Source of the DNA: the human T2T-CHM13v2.0 reference genome, Homo sapiens
Assembly: GCF_009914755.1 (NCBI RefSeq)
Contig: NC_060947.1
Reading direction: 5' to 3' (one strand)
DNA length: 64,000 nucleotides
Shown one piece after another: positions 55,444-64,000 of the stretch. The position numbers were made by a program, and so were the translations under genes. Below the pieces are notes generated by a model that was not told the origin of the DNA, searched no databases, and saw only the letters and a program-made list of their open reading frames with translations. Numbering within the stretch: position 1 is the first letter of the stretch; every line of letters begins with the position of its first letter.

Positions 55444-55654
55444 TAAAGGGCCTCCCAAGGAAATATCAACCAAAAACACACACACACACAAAAAGCCACG
55501 CTTTCCCTTTTCCTATCTTCCTTTGGAATCTCAACTGGGATCCTTGGGCTTCCAAGTGTTCTCCAAATTGGCTGGCTGGTCCAGGAACCCCCAGGGGACA
55601 TGGATTCTGACCTTCAAGTTAGAAACTTACTAGGGAGGGGTGATTTTAAAAAAA

Positions 55655-56240
<586 letters not shown>

Positions 56241-56780
56241 CTACAGAAATTGGGCGGGGCTGGTTCTTCCATACTGGAAGGCAGTTGGGTTCTACCACTA
56301 GGGGACCATTGTCACTCTGCCTCTCTGAGGCTCAGTCTCATCATCTGATGTCATGGGCCATGACTGCCAAGGCTCCTTCCAGCACTTCAATGCCAGGGAC
56401 CAATATGTGAGTAGCAGAGGACCCATCGCCTGTCCCCCCACATAAAAGCACATCCCAATAGAAAGACAAAACATTACAGGGGCCAAACACTACCAGAAGC
56501 AAGTTTAACAACTTCGTGCCCCAAAGCCCTTGCCTCTCCCCAGCTTAACTACCTAGGTATCAACGGAAGAGAGGCAAGAGTTGTGTTAAGACACTCTCCA
56601 TTCAAAGAACAAAATGGTGAAAGTCCCAAAGAGTCCTGTTCTCTAGTGACTTGTAGGTTCGTGCATAAAACGAAGACTGTGGTTACATACAAAGCCTTAT
56701 GTTCCAGAAGGACTGATAATGAAGTAAGGAAATGGTGCTCCAGCCATCTGTGTTAATAAGCCCCCGGGGTTCCCCCAGAG

Positions 56781-57027
56781 CAGGCTTCCTTAACCTCAGC
56801 ATGACTGACATTTGGGGTCAGATAACTCTTTGTTGTGGTGGTGCGGGGGGCGGCTGGCCTGTGCATCGTAGGATGTTTAGCAGCACCCCTGACCTCCACC
56901 TAGTAGATGCCAGTAGAATGACTCTCCACTCCCCTGACCCCCGCCACCAGCTGTGACAACCAAAAGTGTCTCCAGATAGTGCTGTGTCCCCCTGGTGGGG
57001 AGAATTGCCCCCAGTTCAGAACCACTG
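56781..57027. mobile_element. MER20 hAT-Charlie element
   Basis: GACATTTGGGGTCAGATAA.TCTTTGTTGTGG; GGATGTTTAGCAGCA; GTGACAACCAAAA.TGTCTCCAGA; AGAACCACTG end. Confidence 0.88.
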
Positions 57028-57520
57028 CCAGAGAGAATTTTCTATCTTAAAATGTGCAGTTCTTTGTTAAAGCCATGTAATACATGTGGCATCACCCTTC
57101 TCACCCACTACAGTGTGGGCCACCAGGAACTGTCAGCAAACAGACCTTGTCAACATGCTCTGCCCAGGGGACTTTACAGAATTGCACACTCACTCCTGGT
57201 GGTCCATAGTCGTGGAGAATTGCAAGTTGTAACCGTATTTGGGTGAAAGGGTTACATGTTCATTCATTAACATATGGCACTTACTGTATGCCAGGCAATG
57301 TGCCAGGGCAATGGAGCTGAGCAGATCCAGTTGGAGATGGAGACTTAATACAAGAGGAAATGTTGTATCACTTTACATTGCATGCCTGTATCAAAACATC
57401 TCATGTACCCCACAACTTTATACACCTGCTATGGACCCACAAAAATTAAAAATAAAAAATGTTTTAAACAAAGTATGGTACAGCACACCTTTGGAGCAGG
57501 CTCCCACAGATGCACAAGCG

Positions 57521-57993
57521 GTGTGGGAGGCTGAACAATGACTTCCCAAAGATGGCCATATCCTAATCCCCAGAACCTGTGACTATGTTCCCTTCCATGG
57601 CAACAGGAACTTTGCAGGTGTGATTCACCAGGCATCCTGAGAAGGGGAGGGGATCCTGGATTATCCAGGTGGGCCCAGTGTCAAACAATGGTCCTCATAA
57701 AAGGCAGGCAGGTGGCTCGGTGAAAGATAGGAGATGCCAGGACTGAAGCAGAGGTTGGAGGGCTGGGGTACGAGTGAAGGAGGTAAAGGCACTGCAGGCA
57801 GCCTCTAGAAGCCGGGCAAGGCAGGGAAATGAATTCCTCCAGAAAGAACGCAACCCTGCTGACACCTTGATATCGACCCGGTAAGATCCATTTTGAACTT
57901 CCGACCTCTAGAACTATAAGATTACACATTTGTGCTGTTTCAAGCCACTAGGTTCACAGTGATTTGTTACTGCAGCAATAGGAAACTGATACA
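57521..57993 (+). mobile_element. MLT1C-like LTR
   Basis: TCCTAATCCCCAGAACCTGTGA; GGATTATCCAGGTGGGCCC; GCAGCAATAGGAAACTGATACA. Confidence 0.85.
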
Positions 57994-59135
57994 GGGAGTC
58001 TACAAGGCAGAGGAGAGAGTGACATCTGTTCCCCATGAAGGGAAATACGTGGGCAAAGTCTCAGAGACCTGAATGAGCTTAGAATAAGCGAAAGCATTGG
58101 TGGCTGCCGAGCTTCACGAAGGCTTCACTAAGGCATTCAGGATCTAAAGCATTTGCAGAAGGGTAGACACATAGGGTCAATTCCAGAGCCACTTAGGGCT
58201 TGACTGTACATCAGAAGGGGCAGGGAAAGGGGAAGGAACAAGAGGCAAGGAACAATAGCAGCGTCCCTGTGGAAGTGACAGGAAAGATGGTGATACCCTC
58301 AATGAAATGGGAAGTAAAAAGAGGCAGGGCAGGCATTACAGAGGAGAAATGCTGTGCTTAGTTTGCAACATGCTCAGTCTGAGGCGTCTAAGACACACCT
58401 GGGTGAAGTTAGCTAGGAGAGGATACCAATGATAATCAGCTCAACCAATGTTAATCTTAGGCTTACAGTGTACCAGGCACAGGAACACAATGACCAAACT
58501 GACGAGGTTCCTGCCCTTGTGGTGCTTATAGTGGGTGGGTCCTGAGCTCAGAACAGAGACCAAGACTGGGGACAGATGTGGGCATCGTCAATAGGCGACA
58601 CCTGAATTGGCAAAGTGGCTGCAATCACTCAAGGACACACTAAACATAAGGGGACCAGAGATGACAGCATTCCACAGGTGGACAGGGGTGGAAGAAAAGA
58701 AGGGAGGACTGTAGGAGAAATCAGGAAAAAATAGGGTGTTCTAGAAGACAAAGACTTCCAGTCTTCAATCTCAAGCTTCAGTGAAGTCAAACATGGTGAG
58801 GCCTGAGACCATGTACTTCGTGATTGGAGAAGGATCATTCAGGATAACCTCAGCATGATCAGTTTCTAGAACACAATCAAGGCAGTGCCAGAGTCCTGGT
58901 AGGTGTAGGGCAGGCTATGTGAGGAAAGGGGAAGAGTGGGACAAGCTGTCTCAAAAAAACAGCAGTGAAGAGGAAAGGTGAATGCAAGATGTAACTTTAA
59001 GGCGGCTTTATTAATAAACTGTAAAAATCTAAATAGAACCAAAGATGGAATCTTCCCAAGGAGGGACAGGGCAGTTGACTATGAACACACAGTTATCCAA
59101 GAGAAACCAGGAAACGTCAGGTCCACCACAGGGCA

Positions 59136-59593
59136 GTGTAGTGGTCAGAATAACATTCCCTCCCCGCCCCCAGATGCCCACATCCTAAAGCCCAGGATGT
59201 GTGAATATTAGGTTACAAGGCAAAGGGGAGTTAAACTTACTGATCAGCTGACCTGGAGATGAGGAGATGAGCCTGGAATATCCAGGTGGACCCAATGTCA
59301 TCACAGGAGTCCATACACATGGAAAAGAGGGGCAGAAGAGTCAGTAACAATGATGTGATGGGAGAGAGAGCTGCCCAGCCGTTGCTGGCTTTGGAGAGAG
59401 GAAGAGGCCACAAGCAAAGGAATGCCAATTCTGGAAGCTGGAAAAGGCAAGGAAAGGGATTCCCTCCTACAGCCTCCAGAAGGAATGCAGCTCTGCTGAC
59501 TTCGTGATTGTCGCCCAGTGACGGATGATAAACATGTGATGTCTCCAGGCACTAAGTCTGTGGTAGGTACAGCAGCAATCAGAAACGAATACA
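59136..59593 (+). mobile_element. MLT1D-like LTR
   Basis: TGTAGTGGTCAGAATAA start; CAGCAGCAATCAGAAACGAATACA end. Confidence 0.82.
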
Positions 59594-59976
59594 GGTACCA
59601 GGTATAGAAAATCATGAACAAATATTACACCCTGGAATAATGCAAACAGTGTAACTTAAAGTCCCCTTTAAAGAGGATGGAGGGTAAAGGATGCTGGGAA
59701 GTGCCTGTGTGATACTCTGGTAAAAGTCTCAGAGACTAACACTGAGATCGGCTGCCTAGTGTCACTAATGCCTAGGTGTTGGAGGTCTGGGTTGGACTGG
59801 ATTCGTGGAAGAATCCACACTGTACTGTCTTAACACAAGAAGTGTGTTTTGAAGTAGGAGTATGTCTTTCTCCTCTAAGGTAATGAGTCACTTATAACAG
59901 TACTTATAACATAAGACTTATAATAGTCTTATGAACAGAGTGCCTTGTGTACCCCAGTGAACCACGAGCTCCGGAT

Positions 59977-60190
59977 GTCAGCTTTCTCAACTGTAAGGCA
60001 AGGAGGGGTTCTACACTGGACTATGATCAGAACCACCTGGAGGACTCATGAAAATGCAGATTGCTGGGCCCCATCCCCAGCATTCCTGATTCAGGAGGTC
60101 TGCTGGAATGAAGCCAGAGAATCTGTATCTCTAACGGGTTGCAGGGGAGGCTGTGCTACTGGCCTGGGGCCACCCTCTGAGAAGCGCTGC
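59977..60190. mobile_element. MER5A-like hAT element
   Basis: ATCAGAACCACCTGGAG..AAAATGCAGATTGCTGGGCCCCATCCCCAG..TGATTCAG. Confidence 0.75.
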
Positions 60191-60529
60191 ATTAGAGGCT
60201 CTCCTTCTCTAACACTAAGTATTTGGGCTATTTTCCTGTTCTGCGTCTTTCCCATTAGCACTGACTTCATGGTTCTCAGCAGCTTGCTCTTTCTCTGTCA
60301 CTCTCTCTTCCCTTAGTATAGCATTTCAGATGTCCATCGTGCTTAGCATTGAACAACAGTCCAGGCTATACCTGGTTGATATGAAGTAGCCACAGATATA
60401 CCTAGAAAGCCATTTTCCTCCCCCACTGCCTCCGATTCCCTGCCCCTGCCTGTCACATAGTTAACTCGGAGAAAGAGCAGTTCTTCTGGCTGGGAGCTGG
60501 CCAGGCACCCACAGCTGGGCCAGGGTGTC

Positions 60530-60965
60530 CTGTTGAACAGAAACAATTCCCTAGAAAACCAACATCAGACAAGGCCACTCTGCGACCAGGATGGAATAAG
60601 ATGAAAACAAGACCACACATTAATCATGTCTGAACACGGACAAAACATGCACCTTGTCCAAACCACACACATGACCAAATATCCCCCAATCCTGGATAAT
60701 GCAAATGACTGCTGCTGCTTTACCAACCATAGCTGTGGCCTGCCTCCAATGTTCCCTGCTCCTAGAGAACATTTGTTAAAATACCCAATCACAAATTCCC
60801 CCTGGTAGCATCCAATCCAAAGTAATGCCCAGCTTCCTTAAACACGCCCTCAAGCCACCTGACACAGGTGCAAGCCCTCTAAGTCATCCTTCCTTGTACC
60901 ATCTTACTGAGATGCCCCGCGGTTCCCACGGTGCTCGTTTTCAGTCTCTGCCACAAGAACCAGGT
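60530..60965 (+). mobile_element. Probable ERV1 LTR (MER90-like; family uncertain)
   Basis: GACAAGGCCACTCTG..AAAACAAGACCAC..AATCATGTCTGAACAC.GACAAAACATG, CCAAT boxes. Confidence 0.5.
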
Positions 60966-61119
60966 GTGGCTGGAGGGCAGTGATGACTCATACTCAACCA
61001 GATTTCTGCTCAAACACAATCTCCTCTAAGACACTGTCCTGGGCACTCTCCAGGCTAAGTCAGATTGGCCTTCTCCACTCATCTTTCATGCGCTCTACTA
61101 TGGCTTTCAGCTACATACT

Positions 61120-61265
61120 GCCATGAGAATTGCATTCAAGTCAGCCTTCATTAGACTGAGAAGCCCAAAGTGTCATGTCTCTGTTCTGCACCTGTTCTTA
61201 GCACAGTGCCTATGCAAAGAAGATCAACAAACATTGGATGGATGGATGGATGGATAGATGAACAA
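61120..61265 (+). mobile_element. L2 3' end with (TGGA)n tail
   Basis: ATTAGACTGAGAAGCCC..CTTAGCACAGTGCCT..TCAACAAACATTGGATGGATGG. Confidence 0.65.
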
Positions 61266-61926
61266 ATACTGCTGTATGCAAAATACATTAAAAACAACTA
61301 CAAACTCAAGAGTTGATGAGAGAATGTCAGTAACGCCAAAAGAACTGAAGTAGTAAGAGAAGAAACCACCAAGGTTTGTGTAACCAGAGCCACAGCAAGC
61401 TTTTGCTCGTGCCAAGATGGATAGAAGTGGGTAAAGCTTATGTACAATTAAGGTGGGAGCCTTTTCTTCCATTTCTAACTCAAGACATTTGTACAGACCA
61501 ACACATTATGTTCATTTTAGCTTTAGTTTAGCATACAGCAGTCTACCGCCAATACAATAAATACATTGCCAAAGGCTATCCAAACTTTGTTGTTACTCTG
61601 GAATTAAACAGAAATCATTTGTGGGCTTGCAAACCCTTCACTACTCACAGATTTGGGTCACCATAATATCTGTTTAATTGTAATTATAAGAGGCTTTCTC
61701 TGTGTCTGGCACTGTAGGCATGCATCTCCTAGCAAGTTCAGAGGGCACATTCTGATGGGCTTTTATAAGAGGCCATGTTGCAACTAACCAGCTTCACTTC
61801 AGGGTTAGGGATTTGGTTCTTTTCTGTTATTTTTCAGAAAACGAAATATAAGATACAGTTTTACTATGTTATCCATCAAGAGAAAACTCATTATCAGGCC
61901 AGGTAAGAATATAAGTGTATCAGAAT

Positions 61927-62035
61927 CAGGCACAGTGGTGTGAGCGTGCAGTCCCAGCTACTTGGGAAGATCTGGAGTCCAGGAGTTCAAATCCATCCTG
62001 GGCAACACAGCGAGACCCTCCCTCTTAAAAAAGAA
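61927..62035 (+). mobile_element. Deleted Alu monomer (FLAM-like)
   Basis: AGGCACAGTGG..GTCCCAGCTACTTGGGA..CAGGAGTTCAA..CTGGGCAACACAGCGAGACCC. Confidence 0.75.
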
Positions 62036-62777
62036 TAAAATTGCATCAAATTGATAAACTGGATAAATCTGAAAACCAGAGACTTGGGGGAAAGGGTGGG
62101 CCTCTGTCTGCATACACACAACCTCAGCCCATTAGATCACTCCATTGGAAGACATACAGAATGAACCGTTAAATAACTGCACTTCATTACAAATATACTG
62201 CTGGAGATGCTTTCAAAAGAGCAGGTGATTTTTAGCCACAAACTACTATAAGCACCTTAAATCCCACTATAAACATGAATTAAATTACATTCGTTTTGAC
62301 ATTATCACCTCTAAGTATTAACTCCTGAAATAAATGAAAATCGATGCCCCCTCCCCCTGCAATAATGGTTGCAGTAAAGATTAAGTACAAAAGGACTAAA
62401 AACTACAGGAGCACTCTATTTTTCGTAGGAAGTTCTGAAGAATGAAAACAGTTCAAATCTGAAAAATAGGTCTGATTCTTCTTAAATGAGACTCAGTCCC
62501 CTTCTCATTGAGATACAGAAAGCACAGTCTGGCCATGGGAGAAGACATTTGGATTAACTTCTTTTTGTGCATAACCCTCTCGGTGACCCACCCAAAATGA
62601 AAGGTGATCAAAACAGAATTTTTGGTTACCTCGGGAGAAATTAACCCATTACTAAAGTGGCCTGTAAGGTTTAAAGTATATACTTCTGCCAATGAACTAA
62701 ATCATCTTATGGGCCAAAGCAAAACAAGAGTGAGCTAAGTGTTCTGTCCCCAGCAGAGGAGGAGGATTTCATGCCCC

Positions 62778-63025
62778 TCATTCATTCATTCAACAAATAT
62801 TTAGGTCCTGCTCTGTGCCACACACCAAAAGTGCTGAGCAAACTATGCAACACTGTGCTGTCCCTATGGTCACAGAGCTTACAGTAGAGGAGATAACTGT
62901 TACGCACAAATATGTAATACTGCTACGAAAAAAAAAGGTGTTGTATGAGAAAATGGAACAGGAACCAATTTAGACTACAGGTGGGAGAGAAGGGCACTGT
63001 GAAAAAAGTGACATTTAAGCCAAGG
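62778..63025 (-). mobile_element. L2 3' end fragment
   Basis: CATTCATTCATTCAACAAATATTTA..CTCTGTGCCA..AGAGCTTACAGT..GTGACATTTAAGC. Confidence 0.7.
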
Positions 63026-63559
63026 GGACAACAGATCACCACTACTTAGAAAAGGAAAACCTTTTTTGGCAAATGACCACAAATGGGATTTTAACTTTGC
63101 CTGTCAACAACGGACTGGGTTAAACCTCCTCTTTTCCAATCCTTCAGGCTTTCTGAACATCCTGACTAGTGTACTGGAATCCTATTACCTGAACACAGAA
63201 AGGTCTCACTTTATTATGATTTATTATTATCTGCAGCCTTCCTATGCCTGGCCTAGGAACATCCAAAAATAATCTGCCAGAGGCTGAAAAACAGAAGCTG
63301 GCTGTCAGCAAGAACATTACCTGGGTAGACCAAACATTTAATAGCCCAAGTAATCATAAGTGCCTTGCCAATAAAGTGGCAGCTTCTCTGGGCAGCAAGG
63401 TGGTTCCAATGCTCCGGGGTCTAAATCAAATGGGACCCAGGGGGTTCAAAGGTTAGTTGGCTACTTCGAACTGATGTTTACTCAGTAAATCAAAGACCGG
63501 ATCACCATTTCCAGGTCCCAGACCCTGAAGACTTAAAGGACAGTATGGGAAGTGGCCTT

Positions 63560-64000
63560 TTAGCATCACGGAGCAGAGAGCTCGCCAGGCTGGAGGAAGG
63601 CAGCAGCGAAAGGGTCGGGGCCGGGAGGAAGGGGGGCGCAAGGAGAGGAGCGTCAGGTGCTCTGGACCCCGGGACTGCGAGCCAGACCAGGAACTGGGGC
63701 GTTTCCCGCCCCACCCCCCAACCCCTGTCAACCCCCAGCAAAGGCAACCCAGCCCCCTCCAAGACCCCGAGGTTCCAGCTTCCCCCGAGACAGGACCAGG
63801 AAGACACCAGCAGCCCCGCGCAGGGCCGGAGCCCACCAGGTCCGGGTGCCCGTGTCCGCAGCGCAGAGGAGGGCGCGCTCGGGTGCAAAAATGGCCAAGA
63901 CAAAACTCTCCCCGCCCACCCGAAAAACCAACCACACCCCCTGCATCCCTCAGCCCGAGCCGCCCGGGGCCAGCCCCCGTGATCGTCTGCTCAGGCCCCC
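63560..64000. promoter_or_regulatory. Edge of CpG island at the SH3KBP1 5' end
   Basis: Abrupt rise in GC and CpG (CCCCGCGCAGGGCCGG, GGGCGCGCTCGGG); E2F-type TTTCCCGC 63702-63709 overlapping GC box CCCGCCCC 63705-63712. Confidence 0.85.

Noticed and set aside
63453-63982. 133-160 aa ORFs at the right edge
   Set aside because: GC-rich CpG-island sequence is stop-poor; no recognisable domain, and the SH3KBP1 first exon was not identified inside the window.

Overview
Primate, most likely human, genomic DNA. It is almost entirely intronic sequence of SH3KBP1 (CIN85), transcribed on the minus strand. The only supportable coding sequence is a 158-nt exon (13037-13194) encoding nearly all of the first SH3 domain. 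1-13036 is the downstream intron and 13195-64000 is the upstream intron, which ends in the edge of a CpG island where the ATG-containing first exon is expected just beyond the window. The rest is interspersed repeats: about 45 Alus, L1/L2/MIR fragments, MaLR/ERV LTRs, a near-full-length HSMAR2 mariner and several MITE-like DNA transposons. I found no evidence for a new gene or a new multi-gene system, and nearly all ORF-track entries are Alu or low-complexity artefacts. Best leads: (1) a MER41B LTR shaped like an L1-retrotransposed, polyadenylated ERV transcript, which keeps both STAT GAS motifs; (2) a ~650-bp tandem array carrying about 13 YGTGGGAA (RBPJ/Ikaros-type) motifs; (3) an 82-bp templated copy of a THE1 LTR junction; (4) a perfect 34-bp-stem hairpin inside an old Tigger4 element. 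Repeat family names come from remembered consensus sequences, not a database search, and repeat boundaries are approximate unless TSDs are quoted.
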